From positions 159,278,001 to 159,342,000 of the forward strand of contig JBNRSN020000003.1 of NCBI GenBank assembly GCA_051313645.2: a DNA stretch of 64,000 nt. Direction: 5' to 3'. The stretch's first letter is position 1, and each line of letters begins with the position of its first letter. This DNA is from Centroscyllium fabricii (taxonomy: Eukaryota). The position numbers and the translations under genes are program-made. The notes under the pieces are model-generated. The model had not been told where the DNA came from. It saw only the letters and a program-made list of their open reading frames with translations, and ran no database searches. Positions 49,615 to 61,386 of the stretch are shown here, piece after piece.

Positions 49615-51056
49615 TAATGACTATGACTACCAACACCTATCTGTCATTATTTCATTTGTTTACAGGAGCTTTTTACGCGCAAATTGGCTGCCGCATTTCC
49701 TATATTACAACGGTGCCCACATTTTTTATTTTATAAGTACTTCAATGGCTGTAAAGCACTTTGGGACATCCTGAGGTTGTGAAAGGCACTGTACAAATGC
49801 AAGTCTATCAATCTACCTATAAATTTTGAAGGCAAGGCCTTTGCAATTCAGGAGATATGTATTGTTTACAGTAAGTACTTGCAAGTAATCAGTGTAAACA
49901 AACCATTACAATGAGTCTCAGAAATGATGCCTAATTTCAACTCAAAATAATTGGCACAGGCCCAAGAAAAAATTATCTATCTCTCCGTATTGGTTTCAAC
50001 ATCGAACATTCCCCAAATCAGGTATGGTGCAAGCTGGATGCAGAGTAACACTCCCTGTATCAGCCCCAACAATAAGCTTCGGTTCCCAAGGACAGAACCA
50101 CCCCCCCCAACACGCTACTGTAAATTTTTCAAAAAATTATGGGTCAATCTGTGGGCAGATCTGTGCTTCTTTGCTCACTAGGAATTGGGTTAAATCTACC
50201 TAACTATATTTTAAGGAGCAACCTTTCAGCCAATAAAGAAAGGTGATTACAGTATATTCACCTCCAGTTCCCCACAGGTAAAACAACACAGTGCTATTGC
50301 TGTGTCATCCAATCAAAATGGTTTATCTGACAGCCTAGCATGCACAAATTCCCAAGAATCATTTGTGATATGATCCCATCTTCATCAGCCTGTCCAACAC
50401 TTTAATACTCCTTTCATACTTATCAACACAAGTTTAGTTTTCTTTTGCATAATCTTAGATGAAAGTTTTATCGTCAGTGTGGTTATATGAGCTACACAAG
50501 CTTTCTGAATTTAGGAAAGCCACCGATAGCACTGTGCCTAGTTCATGGGAGACTTCTCAGAAAAACTTAATCTCTAAACTGCTACATCCCCATCAGTTCA
50601 GACTTTATTTGTAGGAGACCTTAGCACAATGTCCAGTTCCTTAATCATCATATATGGTGTGAATTTAATCCAAGCATCACGTTTTCCCCACTGAGCTGGG
50701 AAAATTCTCAATAGGTTGAGTTATCTTAGACGTCATAAGATCGGAGAACATTTCTATCCCATATGTTTATTTTCACACTCTCACCCTTGGTTCTTAGTCA
50801 TCAATGGGTGTTGCTCTGCTATTTGAAATATTCATCGGCACATATCAGGAACATATGATACATACATATTTCATGGACTGAACAGGGCACTATAGCCTCA
50901 TGTCAGGAGACAAGATCAATATATCAATACCCAATCAGATGTCACAGTTAATCTAGGTTGCTGATACATGGCGAGAGGGGTCAAAGTCATTCCTGATCTA
51001 ACTCGTCTCTTCTGAGCCATTCTTCTATTCATCCTACAGGAAATCTGTGAAAACAT

Positions 51057-51844
51057 GGGGCAACATTTTCATGTCGCCGTGAGGCGGGGTTTTGGGCAGT
51101 TCGGACGGCAAAATAGCAGAACCGGTGGGTCCCGACCCCCACACCCCCAGCCAGATCCCTGCCGCTTTTCCATTTTCCGCCACCCTGTCTCCCTGCCCCA
51201 AATCTTTCCCGCCGGCGGGGATGGTTGTTAAGCTCATTAAGGGCCCTTAATTGGCATCTGTAATGCCATTTTAAGGGCCCTTAGCAATTTTCAACCCCTT
51301 CCCACCCAAACCCCACCATCCTAAAACCCTGCTGGTGAAACCCAGTGGGAGCACAGTGGTCTTGGTAACTTTCTCCTTCAAGGTGTTGAAGGGCCTAGAG
51401 CAAAATGCTTCCCAGGCCTTCAACACCCTGGAGGTGTAAGTGACTCCCTTGGGTGAAGACCAGCTGTGGGGGAAAAAAAAAAACTTAAAAATCATACCTC
51501 GACAGCTCCATTGACAGACACTCCCTAGCTGTCAAAGATTTGCAGCCCACCTGTCACTCAGCGCACTTGGCCTTTCCCATTGGTTGCACTCCACTGTGAT
51601 ATCACAGCGGAGTGTTTCCATGGGAACTGTAAACACACAGTCCCCACAGCTTTCTGCCAACCTCCTGGAATCCCGCTTGAGCTCCGTAATTGCCGACTTG
51701 ACTGAGGCAACTACCAGGGGCACCCTGCACACGGGGATTTAATTGAGCAATTAAAGGAAAATAGCATCAGTTTTCCAGGCCCTTGGGCGGGCGGGACAGG
51801 AACCCGCCCCGACCAATCCCCACACCTCCACGAAAATCCCCCCC
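51057..51844 (+). mobile_element. Non-autonomous TIR element, family E
   Basis: GGGG..CATTTTC start and GAAAATCCCCCCC end; colinear with 5789-6540. Confidence 0.78.
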
Positions 51845-51919
51845 ATAGACTGTTGTTCTCATCTTCCTCTTAGGAAGGGCCAGTTTCGTGCTCACTATGT
51901 TTTTTGCCTTGGACCCTCA

Positions 51920-52221
51920 GGGCACAATGGCATAGTGGTTAGCACTGTTGCCTCACAGTGCTCGGGGCCCGGCTTCAAAATCCGGCCGCGGGTGACTATC
52001 TGTGTGGAGTTTGCACATTCTCCCCGTCTCTGCGTGGGTTGCCTCCGGGTGCTCCGGTTTCCTCCCACAGTCTAAAGATGTGCGGGTTAGGTTGATTGGC
52101 CAGGATAAATTGACCCATAGTGTTATGTGGGGTTACGGGGATAGGGTGCGATATGTGTCAGTGCAGGCTTGATGGGCCAAAATGGCCTCTATCTGCACTG
52201 TAGGGATTCTATGATTCTATG
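51920..52221 (+). mobile_element. Full-length HE1-type V-SINE (tRNA head, V domain, CR1-derived tail)
   Basis: TGGCATAGTGGTTAGCACTG head, TGTGTGGAGTTTGCACATTCTCCCCG...GGTTTCCTCCCACA V-domain, (ATTCTATG)n tail. Confidence 0.92.
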
Positions 52222-55200
52222 TCACAATTTAGAGTCCCAACTATCCATGCATTAGGTTTTAGCTTCCACAAGCTCCAATAAAGTTGAGCGAGGCAGTACT
52301 TTCCACTTAATTGATCTATTGTTGGGAAGCTAAGCTTCATTTGTTTATATTGGTCTAGCTATGTTAACTTCACAACTGTGGAAGGGGCCAGCTTACATAT
52401 TGCAACTTCAGATGAAGAGCAGGAAGCTATTTATTTAGTGGCACCCAAAATGTTGAACTGCAATTGGCTGGGGCAATTACTGCATCAAACCTATCCCTGA
52501 GATCACACATCCATGGCTAACACAAGATTCCCGAGTGTGCTAGAAGTGCTGTTGAAACTAACACATACTCATGCATTCTACTGACTTATTCCCTAATAAA
52601 ATATAGGAGCTTATCACAATAGATGTGTTCTGAAGTTCCCAGAGACTTCAACATAAGCCATTCAATTGATTTGCTTTGAACTGCATCATAATTGCTGTTA
52701 TCACAATCCTTTGGCATCGGGTGAGGTTGCCGTGGCCAAGGAGCTTTGGAAGAGATGGGCCAGAGAGAAACAGATTCTGTTCTCTCCCGCGATCTCAGTC
52801 AAATTTTAAAATATGGCTCCCCTTCCTGCACTGTGCGATGAACTCACGTGGAGGCCCTTCATTGCAGGGCTCTCGTGAGACCAGAGTTTTTCACGGTGGG
52901 ACTGGTCAGTTTTTGGGATCTGGTGGGTGCAATATTTTGTCCCTTGAGACGATCTCCTGGCCTTGCCTAGATACCCCAATTTAAATTCAGTTTGAACTGC
53001 CCTTCTCTCTTGCCCCGTCCCTTTTCTTCCCCCCTCCTTTCTTATTGGCTGAACCTTTATCATTTTAGCCAATTAACTAGTGTTAACTTGGTCCTGCCAT
53101 GTTTGTTCATGATTTGTTGGCAGATCTGCACTGTAGGGATTTTATGATTCTATGATCTGTATCTCAGGCCCCTGCATCTTGGGTCAGCTTTTTGATTTCT
53201 CTCAGCTTTCTCTTTCCTGTCCTCATACTGCCATATAATGAGGGCCTCGTGCACTCGAGACCTCCACAACTTCGGTTTGTGTAATTCTCAGAACTCAACT
53301 TGTGTAACTTACTGTTTATTCTTTATTGTGCTTCCTAATATCTGCAGGCTTTTTACACTTACTCATTACAGTGTTCTGGCTTATAATTTTTTTAAAGTTA
53401 TTTGTAACTAATTATAGAAAATTAGAATATCTAGCAAAGCCAGGAGAGACAGCCATAGCTTGTGGAAAAGATCAAATGTCACACTATATTCAATACAATG
53501 CCTGCTCACAGAGTCTGTATTTCCTATTGCAAGACTCCTCCAAACAGAAAAGCAACAATCAGGACTATGGGTTCATAAGTACCTATGTTGCTGCCATGAC
53601 TGACCAACAAAAAAGTCAGTCAATGTAAGTGACAAATCAGTGTTCTCTCCCAGAAGCAGTGCAAATCACTTACTATTCAGCATTCTATCTAGCCTAACCG
53701 TGAATCAACAAAAAAGAAACTTACCTGACTGCGGCAGCAGATTCAAGTAACAGGCAGTACCAAGATTCTACAATCATGACCTTCTGGCTGGGAACAAGTA
53801 TTCAATTTCTAAGCCTACCAGCAGATAGAAAACTTAAAACCAAAGCAAAAATCTATGTTCAAAATAAAGCTTTCTCCAGCATTACAAACTGCTGAATTAT
53901 AAGGCTTTATTATTTGCCTGTAACCATTAGATTTTGAATTTGCCTACGTAAGTCCACAATGTTGACATATAAAGTAATGTTTGACACGTAAAATACATGA
54001 TTTCTGAGTGATTATAAAACCCAACTGCACAGTATATTCATCTCCCATACTAAGAACTGAAGCGTGAAAGACACAGAACAAACGTAATTCACAATTCTTC
54101 ATAATTGACTTAGATTCATCCTACTTTGTGAAAGGCCATTAGCAGGAAATGAAGGTCACTCTTCTATTTTATTTCATCTAATTAACTACCAATATCTTCC
54201 ATGTGGTCACCAAGCTCCAAACAGTGCTTAAAATAGCCCATTAAAAAACTAACAATCAAGCCACGTCTAATGCCACACTATCAGCCTCGATCAGAGGGTT
54301 CCAATTTCCTATTTTATAAAAGGGGGAAAAATGAATCACTATCTGCACTTCAGATTGATTATTCAGTGACCCTTATTACATCTTCACTCAGCAATTTGAA
54401 TTTTAATCAAAGCAAATGGAATAATTAACATTTCAAAGTGTTTCTAATACACTGAAAACAGAAAAAACGACTTCAGACAACACGAGAAAAATAAAACAAA
54501 ATGCTACATAGCAAGTTAAATACAGTAAAATTTTTAAAACATAATTGCCAGAACCAGCTGCACAGTTGTGTGAAGGAGATACCGTTGAGATAAAATTATT
54601 TCTCACTTTTAATTTTAGCATTGAGTGATATCAGCTCTTTGGTATGATGGACTATGTCACTGAGAGTATCATGAGTGTCGTACATGTACAGATTAATGGA
54701 TGCCAGGATTCACAGCAGTTCTGTTGTAGTTAAAGCCATATTAATCCACAGGATTTGGGAGAGGAGTGAAATTGAGGAAGAAAAATGGTCTACCTTATTT
54801 GTAGTATATTCTAGCTTAAGCAAATTTATGCTTCGGTGGATAAAAATAAAATTAGTCTTTTTATTATGTATGTCATACTTTTATCAATAGTTTATTTTTT
54901 TTGAATCACTGATACCCCCCCTTGTAAAATTATAATTCTTAAAGATTACTACTTCAGAAAGTAGCCATTGGACAAAAACCTTAATCAAATTTCAAGAGGG
55001 ATGATCGTACCCAAAAAATAAAGGCTCAGACTCCGTATTGTTCTCCTGATCTTGCGGCATAACTTTGTCGGGAGACCAGTTGAATCCTTAGTGAAATGGT
55101 GCAAACTGTTTGCGCCATTTCCTAGTGGTTCTGCTGGTCACCTGCTAAAGTTACAGTGGGGGACCTGGAGAATCCCTCTGGAATTTCAGGACAAAATCCC

Positions 55201-55297
55201 TTACATTACTATTTACTTAAATTCCCAAAGGTTTAGTAAGCAAGTACTCAAAAGTGAATATGTAATCAAATGCCATGTTGTGTAAACTAAGATAAGG

Positions 55298-56016
55298 GGC
55301 CCTAATTTGCAACCCCCACGGGTGCATACGCAGCAATAGGGGCCGCGCAAGTTCTGGGTTTAGGCATGAAAAGCGCATGCGTGAAAACCCGGAACTTGCG
55401 ATCTGTCGAGAAATCTCCTGACAGACGATCCACATCCTCAGGAAAAGGGCCTCTGCAGGTGGAGACCTGCGCTATTTGCCCAACTTCTACCTGTGAAATT
55501 ATTACGCCAGGTAAAAGCCGGCGTTAAGTTTAAAAAATATAAAAATTACATGTTATCACTAATTTATACTTTAAAAACACTGTCCAATAACACAAGTTTA
55601 TTTTTAGTCCTGTTTAAACATTTAAAACATTCAAAAAATTAAATGTTTAAAATATTTAATTAAATCACATTTTAATTAATTTGAAATATATAATTTTAAA
55701 AAATTATTTCATGTGTGTTTGTGTATTTTTTTTTAAAGTGATCCCCATTCATACTTATGGGGATTCCACTTGTAAGGAACTCCCATAAGTATGAATGGAG
55801 ATTTATTGGTTGAGCCAGCCCACGTGATCCCAGGGGTACCTGCGAACCGCCTGTGCCCCTGGAATACATGGGCCTCTACCCGTGCGTACCCGGAGAAGTC
55901 CAGGAGCATGAATTTCCGTACCTCCCGGACCACCAGGTAAATTCGTAGATTTTTTTTTTTTTGAACAGATCGGAGGCATCTGTCCGCAGGAAACTGCTGG
56001 CCGCAAATTTTGGGCT
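55298..56016 (+). mobile_element. Family C TIR element (diverged)
   Basis: GGCCCTAATTTGC ... GCAAATTTTGGGCT; same GC-AT-GC architecture as 28318-29078. Confidence 0.78.
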
Positions 56017-57071
56017 ATTATTTCTGAGATTTAGAACATCACTGAAAGATTAAATCTCACCATCAATACCGCTTTGCTGGATGGAGATCATTTCATCTCA
56101 AGTTAGATCATAAAACAAGAAACTGTTTAATCCTTTATCAGTCATTTTAGGAGCCTTTCCAGAAGATACATTCACATTAATCACCTTAAGAAATCCCCAT
56201 TACCCCACATCATTTGGATTTCTACAGAGATTGAAAGAACTTACATGAACATAAGATATGCAAGTCTGATGTAATGACTATCTGCACTTAATTTTACAGT
56301 AATGTTTAAAATGATCATTCATAAACATTTACAGCAATGATACAAATAGGAATAAGCTACGTTCTACTGTTGCAAGTAACAGTGGACAGTAGGCTGCACA
56401 TTTTACCAGAGGAGCAAGTCTATTTATGGCATCTACAGCAATAGGAATATCTACCAATATTCCAAAGTGAAGAAATTAAGAGGTTATGACATTAGTTCAG
56501 GATTTCTTTTATAGTTAACATTTTTAGTGATTAAAATCACTACAAAAATCAGTTTTTGCACATGTTATACCAGAAATAGCTATAATTTAGCCAAGAAATT
56601 CACATCTTGTACTTCCATTTTATTGTACTAATTACAAACATTATGCTGATCATCAGAATCCAAACTATTATTTGGCTTTTTGGGGAAAACAAAATGGTCT
56701 AGAGGCCTCTGACTCGGTTAATCGGCGAAGAACATTGAGGTTTCTAATGCACAGAACACTTGACCCAGCTAACTTAATATTTTAAAATCTCATGGGAATT
56801 ACAGCCAATGTGTTTTTCAAAATATAACTGCACACCTAATCTTTCAGATTTCATTGATTTTTCTCTTAACATAGGTTGAGACTTGAATTTATAGCACAAA
56901 CATTCAACAGCAATAGCTAGATTGAATTGAGCAATAATTTATGCCTGTATCTTTAACTTAAAATTAGAATGAAAAGATAATGGATCCCTTTACATGTGAT
57001 CTCCCTCATCTTAAGTGTTAAACTGGCTCCAGCAGTGGTAAGGAGGAGAGTAATAAAATGGGTATACACAC

Positions 57072-57101
57072 TGTAAGGGGCAGACTTTGAAGACCACGTA
57101 C
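57072..57101 (-). CDS. TLE4: Probable alternative 30-nt extension of the 75-nt exon through a downstream donor ([10 protein letters not shown])
   Basis: Ten open codons follow the proximal donor and end at ACA|GTGTGT. The peptide resembles the recalled VRGLPNLPLT optional insert at the same position in TLE3. Confidence 0.7.
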
Positions 57102-57176
57102 CCCGATGATGGCGTTTAGCTCAGCCATGGTCACTTGCTTGGCCCGCTCCACTGCCTGCACCACTTGCTGTTGGTG
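57102..57176 (-). CDS. TLE4: TLE/Groucho internal exon, end of Q domain (75 nt, [25 protein letters not shown])
   Basis: Minus strand reads TTTCAG|CAC CAA CAG...ATC GGG|GTACGT. It lies inside ORF 57018..57200 and is a hallmark Groucho peptide; phase 0-0. Confidence 0.95.
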
Positions 57177-58759
57177 CTGAAAGTGAATTTCAGAAAGCAA
57201 ATAATGTCAGTTTCATTTGCATTCTGTAGAATTACGTCCTTCTTAAACCTAAGAGTGAAAAACCTCATCGATCAGTGCTGTATGTAATGTTCACAGAGCA
57301 TATTTAACTGCTCAATCCAATCCCTTTTCTAAGGGTTTATTATGACAGCAACTTAAAGCCTTAATCAGTTAGTCCTTTTCAACTACAAAAAGGAAAAACT
57401 ATAACTCAGTTAGTTATACAATCACCAAATTGTCATTGTATCTTTAGGTAAAAAATGGACCCATTAAGAGAAAAACTCGGTGAACACAGATAAGTAATGC
57501 AATGTAACTTTATGAAAACCAGGTTATAAGTAAATTTCTGTGAAAGTTTACAAAAGTTGCCTCATGCCTAAATATAGCCTAGATTCTTGAATACATGTTT
57601 TTTTCAGAATTCTAAGATAAACCATACATGGTACCTTCTCAGTAATATGCTTTTTGTAAACCAACAAAGACTTACACAAGGAGGATCCAGTGTACTTCAC
57701 CACCCTAACAAAAGGTATTCACTAACCTTTACAATTTATGCAGGTATATGAACATGGCGCTCAAACATAAACCTCAAGTTTTACATCGCTCCCAGTGACA
57801 CTTAACAGCACAGAAAGACATCAGTGGATGCCGCAGCAGTTTGAACATATACCATCAAGTACCCTCATTCTCAGCATGTGCATTAAGATCTAGTGGCAAG
57901 ATGTACCGAAAGAACCTAATCATGAGATGGAAGACGAACCTTTCAAAATGAAAGCACACATTGTTATTATAATGCTATCTTTAAATTTATGATTCAGATT
58001 TATGCTTAATTAATTTAGCACCCTATATTTCATCATAATCTACGTAGTAAGTCACAACATATAGTTTAGTATCTTTGGTACCAAGTGGCCACTCATAAGC
58101 ATCAGTGGCTTTTCCTCACCTGTGCAGCAAGCTCACTCAACCCAATTCTCACTAGTTATTTTTCTATGAATGAAGGCAAGCACTTCAATTTCGAAGAAGT
58201 AGATTACAATTTGCCACAACATAGGTAGCAAGGACAAGATTGGGCTCAGCTAGAACGGTGCGCAAATAGTCTGCTGAATCTCACTGTCTAGGCTTACACA
58301 TGAACCATGAGCAATTAGGAAAGGTATCAGCACTCATTCCAGCAAGAGCTGGCATTTTCAAGAGAGGGTGAAAAAATGTACATGCATGATTATATATCCA
58401 TAAATTGTACACACTTGATATATATTATGAGAAAAGGTAATCAGACCAAATAATCACCTTTTATTCATAAACTTTTATTGAAACTAACAGATGGTCTAAA
58501 ATGAATTTGATTTCACACTTCCATTGGCCTACACACATGTAAGGGTCTTAAGTTCCTACTGGTCTATCCATAGCAATTTTTAAAAACTTTTAATGCAAGT
58601 AGTAGGAACTAACCTCCGTTTGGAAATCTAAACTATGGATCTTCTCTGTGCCCCAGAACTAAAGGAAAATGCCTTGCAAAAAAAAATATTTCCAAAAAGA
58701 AAGCCAAGTACCATCCATGCTACCAGAATCATAAATATGTAATATTAAGGAGAGCTTAC

Positions 58760-58822
58760 CTCCTGAGACAGGAAAGGAATGACTTGGGCACAAATGGCAT
58801 TTAGTCGCTTGACAATTTCAGC
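58760..58822 (-). CDS. TLE4: TLE/Groucho co-repressor internal exon, Q domain (63 nt, AEIVKRLNAICAQVIPFLSQE)
   Basis: Minus strand reads TCTTTCAG|GCT GAA ATT...CAG GAG|GTAAGC. The 21-codon translation matches the recalled vertebrate TLE4 Q-domain segment; phase 0-0. Confidence 0.95.
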
Positions 58823-59275
58823 CTGAAAGACAAAACAACCACCAGATCTTTGGTCATTAGTGCAATACAGTCAAAATACATAGTGGTAACTAGATTGTCG
58901 TATTGTAGCAAACTAACCCACAGTACAGTATCAGATTTATCTGCCTACACAACATGCCTAGATATCTAGCAGTAATTGAGAATAGAGCAGAATAAAAGTT
59001 CTCCTGAATGTAGTAGCAGGATTAATATGGAATAAACCATGAAGAACAGTGAGATAAGCAAAAATGAGAGTTTATACTTTGTTACAAGTAAAATACACAC
59101 ACACAAGCAATCTGCATAAAATGTGAACTCTTATCGTGAACAGCTACACATTTCTTGTGTGCGTTTATTTAATGCAAGGAACATCAGTTGGAATAGATTA
59201 GTGAGCACTTTTCTTCTGTGGGAATCAGGAAATCGGGAACCTGCAGTTCAGATCTATTAACTCTGGAGTTTTTAT

Positions 59276-60073
59276 GGCCCAGAAATTGGGGTCTCCATGG
59301 GCGAGTACGCACGGGGTACTCACCCGTAGGCCCCATGAAAGTGGCGGTTTCGTGCATGCACTGCGCATGCATGGGAAACCAGCACTTCCGATCCCCCGAA
59401 CTAAGGAGTTAAGAGGTGAAGAGCATGCGCGGGAGCGGCAGCACGTGCGCATTGAACTTACGCTTTTTTTATGTACGCAGGTTTTTGGTTTCCCCCCCCC
59501 CCCCCCCCAACAGGTTTTTAATTCTGGGTAAGTGCGAAAAAGTTAGACATGTAAAAAGCAGCTGGATGGCCTGCTTTTAACAAGGTAAGTGGTGAATTAA
59601 TTCAAATTAAAACATTTTTTCCCCACAGGTTTATTATTTTTAAATACTTTACAGAAAGTTAAGTTTATTTTTAGCCCCATTAGAAAAAATAATTAAATTT
59701 TTCAAAAATTTAAATTATTGTTTAAAATAGTTATTTCATTAGTTTATATTTATTTTAAAAATGTGATTTAAAAAAATTATTTGAAGTTTTAGTGACTTTT
59801 GGGGGCTTGCAGTTTTCATAGTTTTGACAGCTCTTCCTGTCAAACTTATGAATGAAGCATTCTCTGCTCCGATTGGCTCTCCACGGCCCACGTGATCCCA
59901 GAGGACGCATCGCACTAACTGCGCCCCCGGGACACACAAGCACTGCGCGCCGGCAGTTCTTGGAGGCCCAGGATCGGAATTCCACACGGGCCCACAGCTC
60001 ATTGGCCGGCGCGCAAGAAGTGCAGGTCAGAGGCTTACACCCGCGAGAAGCCTCCAACCCGAATTTCTGGGCC
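59276..60073 (+). mobile_element. Family C TIR element, close relative of 28318-29078
   Basis: GGCCCAGAAATT ... AATTTCTGGGCC with long near-identical stretches. Confidence 0.9.
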
Positions 60074-60154
60074 ACAATGTATAGTTATACTGTGAGAAAA
60101 AACATACTAGGGGCAATTTTAACCCTGCCCTCCCTGTCGGAGTTAAAATCCCTA

Positions 60155-60385
60155 TTACCCTCTCCTTTTGCCTTGCACAATCATACCTTTGGTCATTTAA
60201 TCTCTCCTCCCTTCCACCTCATCACACCTTCCTTTTGTTCCTTTCTCCCCTTCCCCTGCCTCTGCACTTGATTAAATCCTATTGTATCTCTAACTTTTTC
60301 CAGTTCTGACGGAAGGTCATCAACCTGAAACGTCGACTGATGCTGCCTGACCTGCTGAGTATTTCCAGCATTTTCTGGATTTTTT
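60155..60385 (+). repeat. Penelope-type 3' repeat with near-intact hammerhead motif at 60301-60339
   Basis: CAGTT-CTGACGG-A-AGGT(CATCA)ACCT-GAAAC-GTC-GACTG: 5-bp stem I and one core substitution. Confidence 0.65.
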
Positions 60386-61213
60386 TTAAGTTACAATCAC
60401 ATGCAGGTCTCACCTTTCAATGACCCCAGCAATCCTTCAGACTAGCATTTTAGCCTACTCTTCCGAGCAAGCGAGAAGGACACCTATCAGAACCCAGCGA
60501 GATGGTTGGGCTCCAAGTACATCAGGGCCTGACTGTTATTTTAACCACAGGCCGGCGTGTTGTTGCTTTCCCGCCCGGCTAACCGTGCAAGAAGGGGAGT
60601 CAGGACCAGAAGAGGCGCCCGCCTGCCTGACTCCCACCTGGAGTTAAAAATCGGAGCTAGGTTTTCCTGGACTTGAACTTTAGGTACCTCTGTACTCATG
60701 CACAGCTAATGAAATTGAAAAGTTACAAATGACCTCATTTCCAACACTATAACAATGAAGTGCAGGTGATTCTGATAATTTTGGGTGGATGCAAGAGGTT
60801 TTGGGGGAGGTGGGGTAAAGTTAGAAAAAGAGCAAGGGAACATTCTACAAGTTTAAATTCAACTGACATTGGCAACTTAAGTTAAAAAAAAAACTACAAC
60901 AGACAAGAACCTAAACCAGCAAGATCATCAATCCTGTCCAAATTTCAGAATAAGTCCCGTTTCAAATACCTGATTTGTTCTAGAGTTATGGAGAAACCCA
61001 CAACACAACCATTAATTCTTCAATAGGCCAACTCAGACCAAAGTGATAATTGTCAAAGACAAGTACAAGAAATTCCCAAAGTTATTCAAGTTAATTAGGC
61101 ATCCAACGTAGGAAGTAAAACCCAAATCACACCACCTCAAAGTCAGATATATACACACACCCTGGAGTGGCTTAAAGGCTGCAAACCAAGATCAGAGTTC
61201 AGGTGACAGCTCT

Positions 61214-61355
61214 TGACCTTTCGTCAGGTGTTCTGATGAGGCCAACGACCTGAAACGTTAACTCTATTTCTCACTCAACACCCTGCCTGACCTGCTGATA
61301 TTTCCAGCACTTTGGTTTTATTTCAGATTTCCAGTATCCGCAGTATTTTGCTTTT
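61214..61355 (+). repeat. Penelope-type terminal repeat with hammerhead boxes
   Basis: GTT-CTGATGA-GGCCAACGACCT-GAAAC-GTT-AAC; stem II is damaged; half of an opposite-strand copy precedes it. Confidence 0.65.
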
Positions 61356-61386
61356 ACATCAGAAATTGCTTTAAATTGCACAAAGA

